Below, in pieces: positions 1 through 8,827 of a stretch of 57,401 bases of DNA. The stretch is from positions 1-57,401 of IMG/VR virus record IMGVR_UViG_3300011013_003468; one strand, 5' to 3'. The stretch's first letter is position 1. Each line of letters starts with the position of its first letter. The DNA comes from a virus (Duplodnaviria; Caudoviricetes). The translations under genes were made by a program, and so were the position numbers. The notes beneath the pieces were generated by a model. The model made no database searches, was not told where the DNA came from, and worked only from the letters and a program-made list of their open reading frames with translations.

Positions 1-1
1 T

Positions 2-1030
2 ATTTTTAAGGGTAGTATTACTACAGAATGCTATCCTGATTTTTACAGCTTCTCCGAAGCGGGTTTCGGAGGAGGTGATAACGGTTGGGCTGTAGGTATC
101 TATCAGCCACAACCTAATCCATTAGATGCCTGGGGTAGACCTATAGAAGTAGACAGAATAAATATAGGTCTACCCGAAGGTGCTATAGGTAGTATTATTA
201 CAGGAACACCTACCAAATTGGATAAGTTAAAATCTTATCCGAACGATTATGCCTTCTTAAGAAAGGCATTAAATAAAAAATATAAGTTCTTTAAGCTCAC
301 ACTCGATGAGCAGGAACAATATTTTAAATATATCGGGCAATATCTTATGATTGATAATGATGATATCAGGAATAGTCCTGGTATCGCTGTAAGTTATGGC
401 ATATTTTGCCATAATAATACAGATTGTGACGAATGGAACTCCCTTGTAAAATGGGCTGAATCCATTGAAAAAATTAGAAATGCAAAGAATAAAAAGAAAG
501 AATTTTTCTCTTTTAAAGAGGAAATGGAAAAAGAATATGATATAAATATCAATATTGTTCCTAATGAAAATGATTTTTATCATTTTTATTGGAATAATAT
601 TGATTTAGGCGATAACCCAAATCATATTAAATTATATTTCGAAGGTATTCAAGCTGCTCAAAAATATGAGCAGAAATACAAAGAATTAAGAAATGAAATG
701 CTGCAAGGAAAAACTCCTGTAGCTTATTACCATTCATTTGAGATAAACAATAGGAAGTCTGTTTGTCTTGAAAATGGGACTCTCAAAGTCCCCAAAAAAT
801 TTATAGGCAAAGCAATTGGAAAAAAAGGTGAAAATATAAAAGAATTCCAAAAATTTTGGAATTTAAAAATAAAATTACTTGAAACCTCTGAAAATGCAGG
901 TTCTTTTAATTGGCAATATTATTATATTTTCTTTGAAAAATATATAAGGAAGATAAATAAGGCTAATTCATACAAGCCTAAAAATCTTCCAAAAATAGTA
1001 TATAAAAATATGGAAAAATATATATTTTAA
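2..1030 (+). CDS. KH-domain-containing protein, 5' truncated by the window edge
   Basis: The frame of ORF 218..1030 is open back to position 2 (IFKGSITTECYPDF...), so the TTG at 218 is probably not the true start. The C-terminal LKVPKKFIGKAIGKKGENIKEFQKFWNLKIKL matches the KH domain GxxG signature. Confidence 0.7.
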   Translation: MFKGSITTECYPDFYSFSEAGFGGGDNGWAVGIYQPQPNPLDAWGRPIEVDRINIGLPEGAIGSIITGTPTKLDKLKSYPNDYAFLRKALNKKYKFFKLTLDEQEQYFKYIGQYLMIDNDDIRNSPGIAVSYGIFCHNNTDCDEWNSLVKWAESIEKIRNAKNKKKEFFSFKEEMEKEYDININIVPNENDFYHFYWNNIDLGDNPNHIKLYFEGIQAAQKYEQKYKELRNEMLQGKTPVAYYHSFEINNRKSVCLENGTLKVPKKFIGKAIGKKGENIKEFQKFWNLKIKLLETSENAGSFNWQYYYIFFEKYIRKINKANSYKPKNLPKIVYKNMEKYIF

Positions 1031-1034
1031 TAAC

Positions 1035-1079
1035 AAAAAAAATAATAAGTTTATTACAATCAACTTATTATTTTTTTTT
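1035..1079 (+). terminator. AT-rich inverted repeat, putative intrinsic terminator
   Basis: AAAAAAAATAATAAGTT-loop-AACTTATTATTTTTTTT immediately after the stop at 1030. Confidence 0.55.
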
Positions 1080-1121
1080 ATACTACTACAATCAACTAAA
1101 AATAATTAAAAAAAATAAATT

Positions 1122-1427
1122 ATGAAAAATAAAATAACAAAAATTATAAAAAAAATAGATAAAAAAATAGAAATAAATAATAATAATAATATTTTTTTAT
1201 CAGAAAATATTATAGGAAAAAGAAAATTAATAAAAAAATTATTGTTAGAAATTTCTAACATTCCTGAAATAATATTTTCTATACAATATTGTGATGATGA
1301 ACTTGATAATTGGACATTACCAGTTTATCTAACAAAAAATAGAATAAACAAGATTATTAAAGATTTATCAATAGATAAAATAAAATTTATCTTATCAGAT
1401 AATTCAGAATTAATTATAAACATTTAA
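1122..1427 (+). CDS. hypothetical protein
   Basis: 101-aa ORF with an A-rich ttATG start context; no motif recognised. Confidence 0.6.
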   Translation: MKNKITKIIKKIDKKIEINNNNNIFLSENIIGKRKLIKKLLLEISNIPEIIFSIQYCDDELDNWTLPVYLTKNRINKIIKDLSIDKIKFILSDNSELIINI

Positions 1428-1437
1428 AAAAAATAAT

Positions 1438-1539
1438 ATGATTACATTAATAATATTTATTGCGATTGCCTTAGTTTATTTTACGGCAAGTAAAAAAGAT
1501 CAAAATTCATGGAAAAAAGATGATGATTACAAAATTTAA
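1438..1539 (+). CDS. small single-pass membrane protein (33 aa)
   Basis: Manual translation MITLIIFIAIALVYFTASKKDQNSWKKDDDYKI*; A-rich leader; not in the ORF track. Confidence 0.55.
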   Translation: MITLIIFIAIALVYFTASKKDQNSWKKDDDYKI

Positions 1540-1576
1540 AAAATTAAATAGTAATTAATTAAAAAAAAAACAGATT

Positions 1577-1795
1577 ATGAAAAAAATGATTTTACTTTTA
1601 GTTCTATTTATTATAGGATGTAAATCCTATAATGATTATAAAAACGAAAATCCATCTAGCCCTGATATGGTAAATGCTTATTTTAAAACATATTAATTGA
1701 TTGATTATCCAGAAACTTTTATTGTAGACATATTACCATTTGTAATAAAAATTAATAAAAAAGTGAAAAAAATAGAATTTAATTATGCAAAGTGA
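1577..1795 (+). pseudogene. truncated paralog of the N-terminus of lipoprotein 2922..3809
   Basis: MKKMILLLVLFIIGCKSYNDYKNENPSSPDMVNAYFKTY*LIDYPETFIVDILPF aligns without gaps to MKKIFLFLIIFIIGCNSYNDYKEENPESPSMQDVYKKTNEWLNNPETFIADIVPF. In-frame TAA where the paralog has GAA; similarity ends near 1750. Confidence 0.85.
1747..1772 (+). repeat. 26-bp direct repeat, copy 1
   Basis: AAAAATTAATAAAAAAGTGAAAAAAA, identical at 2724..2749. Confidence 0.7.
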
Positions 1796-2135
1796 TATAA
1801 ATGATATAGCAATGGAAGCTATACAGGATGCATTATATGCTACTAATAATTTTACATCAGAACAATGTAATAAAATAGCTGATGGCATATTACAATATCT
1901 TGATGATTATTATTTAAAAATTATAAATAAACTAAATTATAAACAAAAAACAAATGTTATGAGAGAAATTATAAACAAGTTAAAAAGAGAGGTAGAGCAT
2001 AAAGAAAGAATGCTAGGTACGACAGCACCTACACAGTGGCTTAGAAAAAAAACTCAAAAAGAATGGGATAAAAGCCAACAGTATAAGATTAAACAATTGA
2101 GAAAGGCTATAAGGATATTAGAATCCACTTTGTAA
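1785..2135 (+). CDS. hypothetical protein, possibly two in-frame fused small genes (internal start at 1959)
   Basis: 116-aa ORF. Internal ATG at 1959 follows an A-rich leader resembling that of ORF 2205. Confidence 0.55.
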   Translation: MQSDINDIAMEAIQDALYATNNFTSEQCNKIADGILQYLDDYYLKIINKLNYKQKTNVMREIINKLKREVEHKERMLGTTAPTQWLRKKTQKEWDKSQQYKIKQLRKAIRILESTL

Positions 2136-2142
2136 TACACAC

Positions 2143-2178
2143 TTTAACCTTTTTCCTGCACACAGCAAAAAGGTTAAA
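2143..2178. terminator. intergenic hairpin (terminator or regulatory)
   Basis: TTTAACCTTTTT ... AAAAAGGTTAAA, a perfect 12-bp inverted repeat; no classic downstream U-tract. Confidence 0.45.
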
Positions 2179-2204
2179 TTATAAACTAAAAAAAAATTTA
2201 TGTT

Positions 2205-2492
2205 ATGGAAAATATTTTTAAAAAAAGCGGCAATTTAAAAAGCCGTTATAAAAAGGTTTTAGAGAGAATAAGAATTGTAGACAATAGGGTTTATAACCAT
2301 TGTTATATTAAAAGCAGTTTAAAAGATTGTACAGAATATTTATTAAATATATTTTTTGTTTTAGATATTTACATAATATCTAAAGAAAAAGATATAAAGG
2401 GTTATAAAGAAGACGATTATTTCATCATCACAGTCGGTGATGCCGATAAATTAAGATATTTTATTGAAAAAAATATAAAAAAAACAAAATAA
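2205..2492 (+). CDS. hypothetical protein
   Basis: 95-aa ORF with A-rich leader and ttATG. Confidence 0.6.
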   Translation: MENIFKKSGNLKSRYKKVLERIRIVDNRVYNHCYIKSSLKDCTEYLLNIFFVLDIYIISKEKDIKGYKEDDYFIITVGDADKLRYFIEKNIKKTK

Positions 2493-2502
2493 AATAAAAA
2501 AA

Positions 2503-2724
2503 ATAAAATTTCAAGATTTAATTAATTTTTGCAATAGAGTCGGTTGGAAACAAGGAATAAGAGAGCTTGAAAAAAACATATATCGAGATGAAAGATTACA
2601 AGCGGAATTATTTGCAGGTAATTATTTTCAACGTAAACAGGCGATGAAATTGTCAAAAATTATTACAAAAAAAAATATAACAATTTTCAAATTAAAGAAA
2701 TATAAAAAGGATAATAATCTTTGA
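2503..2724 (+). CDS. unannotated 73-codon ORF with ATA start (non-canonical start or pseudogene)
   Basis: IKFQDLINFCNRVGWKQGIRELEKNIYRDERLQAELFAGNYFQRKQAMKL...*; fills an intergenic gap with coding-like composition and has no 5' ATG. Confidence 0.45.
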   Translation: MKFQDLINFCNRVGWKQGIRELEKNIYRDERLQAELFAGNYFQRKQAMKLSKIITKKNITIFKLKKYKKDNNL

Positions 2725-2749
2725 AAAATTAATAAAAAAGTGAAAAAAA
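2724..2749 (+). repeat. 26-bp direct repeat, copy 2
   Basis: Identical to 1747..1772. Confidence 0.7.
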
Positions 2750-2819
2750 AACTATTAACAAATAAATTACTTTTAAATATCTTAAAATTAATATTAAAAA
2801 AAACTAAAAATAAAAAAAA

Positions 2820-2903
2820 ATGACTATTACAATAGATTTTATTACATTAATTTTAATAATTATTATAATAATATATCATATTTTTTTTAAAAAAGAAAAA
2901 TAA
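2820..2903 (+). CDS. small single-pass membrane protein (27 aa)
   Basis: MTITIDFITLILIIIIIIYHIFFKKEK*; hydrophobic helix plus basic tail; directly precedes the lipoprotein gene. Confidence 0.5.
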   Translation: MTITIDFITLILIIIIIIYHIFFKKEK

Positions 2904-2921
2904 ACATATAAAAAAAAAGTT

Positions 2922-3809
2922 ATGAAAAAAATATTTTTATTTTTAATAATATTCATTATAGGATGTAATTCGTATAATGACTATAAAGAAGAAAATCCAG
3001 AGTCACCTAGTATGCAAGATGTATACAAAAAAACTAATGAATGGTTAAATAACCCAGAAACTTTTATTGCAGATATAGTACCATTTGCGATACAAATAGA
3101 TGATACTTTAATTTTAAAAAACAGCGAATTTTATAGATACGAAAATAAAAAATGCAATGCAATAAATGAATTTAATAAAAGATTATATGATTTTTTTAAA
3201 AAAGATAATCTAATATTATTAAAACAAAGTAAAAAATATAGAGAATATATTATTTATTCAACTTTCGATAATGTTATGTATTCTCTTATATTAACAACAC
3301 CATTAATAATAGGTACACAAACTATTGGTATATTAGATGCATATAATTTAACTGCAGAAAATGTAGTATTATACAATTTAGTTTCATCAAAATTTTTAAA
3401 AGTTTTATGTTTTAATGAAGATGCATTTTTCTTAAAAGAAGGGAGTCTGAAACGAGGTTTCAAACATATATTTAAGCACACTCCAATTTATTGGATTAAA
3501 AAAGGTTTAAAAGTACCTGAGCACAAAAGTTTATTTTTAAAGAGTGATGAAGAATATATTCTAAAATTATTAGATAAATTTCAAAAATCACCAAATATTA
3601 CAAAAATAAAAAAATTACCATCAAAAACATCAACATATACAGCTTATAAAACAAAATTATTATGTGATGCTAATATATATAGAGAATATATTTTAGTAGT
3701 AGATGAAAATACTAAAGAAATAGTGACTTTTTATCCTACTACAAAAGTACCTATTAAATATTTAAATAATAAATATACAAATTATAAAAAACTAAAATAT
3801 GGAAAATGA
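2922..3809 (+). CDS. lipoprotein with C-terminal putative RNase toxin domain (EndoU/BECR-like)
   Basis: Signal peptide II MKKIFLFLIIFIIG-C; central hydrophobic segment; GFKHIFKH ... YILVVDENTKEIVTFYP resembles polymorphic-toxin nuclease tips. Confidence 0.6.
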   Translation: MKKIFLFLIIFIIGCNSYNDYKEENPESPSMQDVYKKTNEWLNNPETFIADIVPFAIQIDDTLILKNSEFYRYENKKCNAINEFNKRLYDFFKKDNLILLKQSKKYREYIIYSTFDNVMYSLILTTPLIIGTQTIGILDAYNLTAENVVLYNLVSSKFLKVLCFNEDAFFLKEGSLKRGFKHIFKHTPIYWIKKGLKVPEHKSLFLKSDEEYILKLLDKFQKSPNITKIKKLPSKTSTYTAYKTKLLCDANIYREYILVVDENTKEIVTFYPTTKVPIKYLNNKYTNYKKLKYGK

Positions 3810-4051
3810 AAAAAATAAAAATTTATTATCAAGATTTTAAAAATGATTTTATAAAAATATCATTAAAAAATTTTATAAAATTATTTTCATTATTAATTTT
3901 AACAAAAGATAAAGATAAAATATTTTTTATTATAAATAATGAAAAATATACTATTGAACAGCTCAATATAATATTTCAAATGCAAAGTGAAAAATTTTTA
4001 AATTTAAAAAAATTTATTAAACATTTAAATAAAAATAATTTAAAAAAATAA
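3806..4051 (+). CDS. hypothetical protein, candidate immunity protein
   Basis: 81 aa; ATGA overlap with the upstream toxin-like gene. The role is inferred from position only. Confidence 0.4.
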   Translation: MKKIKIYYQDFKNDFIKISLKNFIKLFSLLILTKDKDKIFFIINNEKYTIEQLNIIFQMQSEKFLNLKKFIKHLNKNNLKK

Positions 4052-4074
4052 TAAAAATTTTTCATAGTTTTTTT

Positions 4075-4105
4075 TTTGAGAGGAAAATATTATTATATAT
4101 ATTTG
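4075..4105 (+). promoter_or_regulatory. Bacteroidota housekeeping-sigma promoter (TTTG-N19-TAnnTTTG)
   Basis: TTTG at 4075-4078, 19-nt spacer, TATATTTG at 4098-4105; upstream of the replication module. Confidence 0.7.
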
Positions 4106-4130
4106 TAATAATTATTTTTCCTCTTTTTTT
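4079..4130 (+). terminator. hairpin plus U-tract overlapping the promoter
   Basis: AGAGGAAAA ... TTTTCCTCT followed by a T-run. Confidence 0.55.
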
Positions 4131-4155
4131 AATATAAATCAAAAAATAAAATATT

Positions 4156-4392
4156 ATGGTAATATTAAAATTTAATCGGCAAAATAAAAAATTTATAAAA
4201 AAATTTTATGGAAAAAATTTTAACAGTCTTATTCATAATTTAATACAAGATGAAGAAGAAAAAAACAATTTCTTTAAAAAAAGAGAATATATAAGAAATA
4301 AAAGATTTAATGAAAAAAATATTTTTATATTAAACAATAAGAATTATGAATATATATTTAAAAAATCAAGAAAAAAGTTTTTTAATCTATGA
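4156..4392 (+). CDS. hypothetical basic protein
   Basis: 78-aa ORF with ttATG start, overlapping the PolB start; low complexity. Confidence 0.4.
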   Translation: MVILKFNRQNKKFIKKFYGKNFNSLIHNLIQDEEEKNNFFKKREYIRNKRFNEKNIFILNNKNYEYIFKKSRKKFFNL

Positions 4393-6304
4393 CATAGAAG
4401 TAGGTATAAATTATTTTTATATCTACTTTTTTGACATTGATAAAAAAAGTAATTTTGAATTAGAAATTTCTGAATATGCAAATAATATAAAAGATTTTCT
4501 AAAATTTATAAAAGAGTATAAAGATTATTATTTTACAGGATTTAATTCGTTAAATTATGATGCTAAAGTTTTAAGTTTCTTATTTGACAAAATTAAAAAG
4601 GGTAAAATAAATAATATAGAAATATTTAATTTTAGCGATAAATTAATAAAAAAAGAAACAAATTATAAAATTAAATATTTAAATCATTTAGATTTGGCAG
4701 AAATAGGTGGATATAATACAAAAGCTACATCGGCTTCTCTTAAATTAATTGAATTTAATTTAAGATTACCAAATATTGAAAATTTACCATTTCCACCTGA
4801 AAAAAGAGTAAATAAAAAAGAATTAGAAATCATTAAATATTATTGTAAAAATGATGTTTTTGCTACAAAAGAATTATTTTTTAGTATGCAAAATGAAATT
4901 AGTATTAGATTAGATGATACATATAAAAATATTTTAAATTTACCTAATACTAAATTAGGTGAAGAAATATTAAAGCAAGAACTAAATTTACCTTATTTAT
5001 ACACAAATAAAGAAAATTTTGAAGAAATAGAAATAAAAAATATTATTTTCGATTATATAAAATTTGAAACACCGATTTTAAAAAAATTATTAAAATACAT
5101 ATCTAATAAAGAGATAAAAACTCCAAAAAGTTTTTTTACAGAATTAGATTTTAAAGAATTAGAAGATTTAGAAGGATATTATGTAAAAGATACATATAAA
5201 AATAAACAAAAAAATTTAAATATATGGTATCATAATATGAAAATAGTATTAGGTACAGGTGGACTACATGGCTCTAAAAATGGAATTTTTAAAAGTAGTA
5301 AAAATAGAATTATAATAGATATTGATGTATCAAGTTATTATCCAAATATAGCAATTTCTAACAATCTAATACCTAGCCAAATAAAAAAGTTATTTGAAGA
5401 AAGAAATGAAGATTCTAAAATATTTTTAGAAAAATATAGTTCATTTTCAAAAAGAAGAAAATTATATAAAAAGCCACATCCATTAAATACACTTTATAAA
5501 TTAGCATTAAACATTATTTTTGGTAAATCATTAAAACCATCTAGTATTTTCGGTGATTTAAAATATGGTATGGGGACTACAATTAATGGGCAATTGATGT
5601 TACTAATGTTAATAGAAAAAATTTTTATTAATATATATGATGTTGAATTAATACAAGTAAATACAGATGGAATTACATTGATGGTTGAAAAAGAATATTT
5701 ATCAGAATTAAAAACAATAGTAAATGAATGGGAAGAGACAACTAAATTAAAAATGGAATTTACTTATTATAAACAAATGATAATTGCTAATGTAAATAAT
5801 TATATTGCTGAAAAAGAAAATGGCTCTATAAAGTCAAAAGGAGCATTATTTTCTTATAAAAATTTAGAACATCATAAAAATCATAGTATGTTAATAGTTC
5901 CTATGGCATTAGAAGAATATTTTATAAAACATAATAATCCAATTGATTTTATAAAAAATCATAAAGACATTTTTGATTTTTGTAAAAGAGTTAAATTAAA
6001 AAAAAATACAAAATTAGTTTATAGAACTAAGGATAATGGGTTGTTATTTCAACAAGAATTTGGTAAAGTAACAAGATATCTTGTTACTAAAGATGGAGGC
6101 AAATTAGTTAAAATATTTGAATCTGATAAAGAAGAACAAGTAGAAGCTGATTATTTTACTATGCCTGTAAATAGAATTGATAACAATAACATAAATATTT
6201 TATTTAAAAAAATAGATTATAATTATTATATTAAAAAAACATTAGAATACATCAAAAAAATAAAAAACAATGAAAGTATTAATAACAATATTTTTAATAA
6301 CTAA
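4346..6304 (+). CDS. polB: family B DNA polymerase with 3'-5' exonuclease
   Basis: ExoI YDIE, ExoII FNSLNYD, ExoIII YCKND; motif A DVSSYYP, motif B KLALNIIFG, motif C NTDG. Confidence 0.93.
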   Translation: MNIYLKNQEKSFLIYDIEVGINYFYIYFFDIDKKSNFELEISEYANNIKDFLKFIKEYKDYYFTGFNSLNYDAKVLSFLFDKIKKGKINNIEIFNFSDKLIKKETNYKIKYLNHLDLAEIGGYNTKATSASLKLIEFNLRLPNIENLPFPPEKRVNKKELEIIKYYCKNDVFATKELFFSMQNEISIRLDDTYKNILNLPNTKLGEEILKQELNLPYLYTNKENFEEIEIKNIIFDYIKFETPILKKLLKYISNKEIKTPKSFFTELDFKELEDLEGYYVKDTYKNKQKNLNIWYHNMKIVLGTGGLHGSKNGIFKSSKNRIIIDIDVSSYYPNIAISNNLIPSQIKKLFEERNEDSKIFLEKYSSFSKRRKLYKKPHPLNTLYKLALNIIFGKSLKPSSIFGDLKYGMGTTINGQLMLLMLIEKIFINIYDVELIQVNTDGITLMVEKEYLSELKTIVNEWEETTKLKMEFTYYKQMIIANVNNYIAEKENGSIKSKGALFSYKNLEHHKNHSMLIVPMALEEYFIKHNNPIDFIKNHKDIFDFCKRVKLKKNTKLVYRTKDNGLLFQQEFGKVTRYLVTKDGGKLVKIFESDKEEQVEADYFTMPVNRIDNNNINILFKKIDYNYYIKKTLEYIKKIKNNESINNNIFNN

Positions 6305-7181
6305 TTTAAATCCTTCTATTAATCATAAAGAAAATTTAATTAAAATGATTAAAAAATGGGAAGGTTTAAAATTAACAATTTATGATGATAATGGATATGA
6401 TGCTATAGGTTATGGGTGTCGATATTTTAAAAATTTAGATACAATAACTGAAGCACAAGCAGATTCGTTGCTAAGAGAACAATTTGATAAAAATTTAGCA
6501 ATAGTAAAAAAAAGATTCTTTGATTTAAATTATACTCAATATTTAGCATTAGCTGATATTTCATTTAATTGGGGAATCGGCAATCTAATAAAATCAAATT
6601 TAATAAAAAAAAACCAAATAGATACCAATATTCTTTTTCATTATCGAAAAGTAGATGAATTGCCTACTTATAGAAAAAGAAGAGAATATGATCTATTTTT
6701 ATTTAACTATAATTTATTAACACAAAAAACAAAAAAAATGGAAGAAAAATTCAAAAAATTATTCTTATTGTTAGAAAAAAAGAGAAATTTCATTGAGGCT
6801 TTAGAAGAAAAGCAATTTGAAACAAAAGGAATTATTGTTATTGATAATAATGAATTTGATATTAATAAATCAAACGAATATGTTATCAAAACTAAAATTT
6901 TACCTTATCTTTTATCTTTAAAAGCGGCAAATAAAGATTTAAAAGAAGCAGGAATTTCAGAGATAAAAATCAGAAATTATCCAATTGAGTCTTATATAGA
7001 AGATTCTAAAATGAAAATTAATAAATTAAAATTATCAGAATTAAAAAAGGAGTACGATAAATTATATAATAGAATATTTAATAATAAAGGAATTCCTGAA
7101 GATCTTAAAATCGAATTTAGCAACAAAGAGCTATTTAAAGATTTAGAAAATGAACTTAACAAATTAGATGAAATTGTTTAA
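6270..7181 (+). CDS. GH24-type lysozyme (aa ~20-150) in frame with a second coiled-coil protein (from M157, nt 6738)
   Basis: WEGLKLTIYDDNGYDAIGYG, ITEAQADSLL, ALADISFNWG, RKRREYDLF; hydrophobic N-terminus. Confidence 0.8.
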   Translation: MKVLITIFLITNLNPSINHKENLIKMIKKWEGLKLTIYDDNGYDAIGYGCRYFKNLDTITEAQADSLLREQFDKNLAIVKKRFFDLNYTQYLALADISFNWGIGNLIKSNLIKKNQIDTNILFHYRKVDELPTYRKRREYDLFLFNYNLLTQKTKKMEEKFKKLFLLLEKKRNFIEALEEKQFETKGIIVIDNNEFDINKSNEYVIKTKILPYLLSLKAANKDLKEAGISEIKIRNYPIESYIEDSKMKINKLKLSELKKEYDKLYNRIFNNKGIPEDLKIEFSNKELFKDLENELNKLDEIV

Positions 7182-7185
7182 TAAT

Positions 7186-7212
7186 AAGGGGAGATTTATT
7201 CTCCCCTTTTTT
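7186..7212 (+). terminator. intrinsic terminator
   Basis: AAGGGGAG-ATTTATT-CTCCCCTT followed by TTTT. Confidence 0.8.
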
Positions 7213-7227
7213 AAATAATAAAAAAAA

Positions 7228-8331
7228 ATGAATAGAGATGAAATACAAAAAGAGGCTTTTGAGTCATTATTAAAAAATTATAATGATGGTAATAATCGTC
7301 TAATACTTAATATTACCATGAGAGTTGGAAAAACAAGGATAGCATTATTATTTTTAAAAGAAAAAAAAATAAAAGAAGTAGATATATTAGTTCCTTATAA
7401 AACAAATATAGAAACTTGGAAAAAAGAAAAAGAATTAATATATCCTGAATTAAAAATAAATATATTAAATTATAGAAGTATAACTAAATTAAAATCAGAA
7501 TATATTATTTTAGATGAAATTCAAAGTTTAACTATGAATAAATATAAATTAGCTAAAGATAAACTAGAAAATGCTAAATTATTATTAGGTTTAACTGGAA
7601 CATTACCTAGAGATCTAAATAAATTATTTGTTTTATTACATAAATTAAATTTTTTAATTTCATATACGTATGAATTAAAAAATGCAATTGAAGATAATAT
7701 AATAAATGATTTTGAATTAGTAATTATTTATTCAAAATTAGATATTAAAAAGAATATACAAATAAAAACTAAAAATTTTAATTTTAAAACTTCTGAAAAG
7801 AAATCTTATAATTATTACACAAAAAAAATAGCACAATATCCTAGTAAAAAAAATAGATTAGCAAGAGCTTCAATTCTTTATAATTTAAAAAGTAAAATCG
7901 AAACAACTAAATCATTATTAAATTTGATTAATAATAAAAAAACACTTATTTTTACAAAAAGAATTGAAATTGCAAAGTTAATTTGTAAAAATGTAATTGA
8001 TTCTAAATCAAATGATAATGAAAAATTATTGTCTGATTTTATTAATGATAAAACAAATTATTTAGCAACAATAGAAATGTTAAAATTAGGAGTAACTATT
8101 CCTAATATAGATTATATTATAATAGAAAGTTTTGATAGTAATCCTGGTGTATTTATTCAAAAAATAGCCAGAGGTCTATTAAAAACTGATGAAAATAAAA
8201 AATTAAAAGTATTTATAATTGTTGCTAAAAATACAGTAGAAGAAGAATGGGTAAATAAAATAATTCCTTCTTTTAAAAAAGTAAAGAAGTTTAATTATTA
8301 TTTAGGTAATTTTAATAAAATTGAAGAATAA
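7228..8331 (+). CDS. superfamily 2 helicase
   Basis: MRVGKT (motif I), ILDEIQ (II), LTGT (III), GVTIP (V), QKIARGL (VI). Confidence 0.88.
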   Translation: MNRDEIQKEAFESLLKNYNDGNNRLILNITMRVGKTRIALLFLKEKKIKEVDILVPYKTNIETWKKEKELIYPELKINILNYRSITKLKSEYIILDEIQSLTMNKYKLAKDKLENAKLLLGLTGTLPRDLNKLFVLLHKLNFLISYTYELKNAIEDNIINDFELVIIYSKLDIKKNIQIKTKNFNFKTSEKKSYNYYTKKIAQYPSKKNRLARASILYNLKSKIETTKSLLNLINNKKTLIFTKRIEIAKLICKNVIDSKSNDNEKLLSDFINDKTNYLATIEMLKLGVTIPNIDYIIIESFDSNPGVFIQKIARGLLKTDENKKLKVFIIVAKNTVEEEWVNKIIPSFKKVKKFNYYLGNFNKIEE

Positions 8332-8825
8332 TGGAAATAAATAAAGAAATAATTAGAATATTATCAGAAGAAGATATTTTAGATGAAGGTTTATTATATT
8401 TATTATCTGTATATCATAATATTAAATATGATTTTAACGAAATCATAGTAAATAAAGTCAATAATTTGAATTTTTTTGAAAAAAATTATGATACTAATGA
8501 AATAATTTGGAATATAAATTTATATGGTGATAATATAACTCAAGATTTTATAGAGCAATATAGAAGTTTGTTTATACAGATAGATACTAGTTTAAGAGGG
8601 GATAGAAAAACTATAATAAAAAAATTTAAAAAGTTTTTTCTAGAATATCCACAATATAGTAAACAAGATATTTTAGATGCAGCCAAATTATATTTAGAAG
8701 ATTGTTTATATAAAGGATATCATATAAAATATATTCAAAATGCAAATTATTTCATTGAAAAACAAAGAAATCCTACTGGAAGTAAATTATTAACATATTT
8801 AGAAATTCTTAAAGAAGAGCAATAA
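8331..8825 (+). CDS. replication-module protein (possible initiator or helicase loader)
   Basis: Coupled between the SF2 helicase and DnaB; DILDAAKLYL...YIQNANYFIEK...SKLLTYLE resembles phage replisome-organizer C-termini. Confidence 0.45.
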   Translation: MEINKEIIRILSEEDILDEGLLYLLSVYHNIKYDFNEIIVNKVNNLNFFEKNYDTNEIIWNINLYGDNITQDFIEQYRSLFIQIDTSLRGDRKTIIKKFKKFFLEYPQYSKQDILDAAKLYLEDCLYKGYHIKYIQNANYFIEKQRNPTGSKLLTYLEILKEEQ

Positions 8826-8827
8826 CA

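Noticed and set aside
1055-1097. TACAATCAACT direct repeat (1055, 1087) as an operator or early promoter
   Set aside because: Only two 11-bp copies, and I did not notice it upstream of other genes; support is insufficient.
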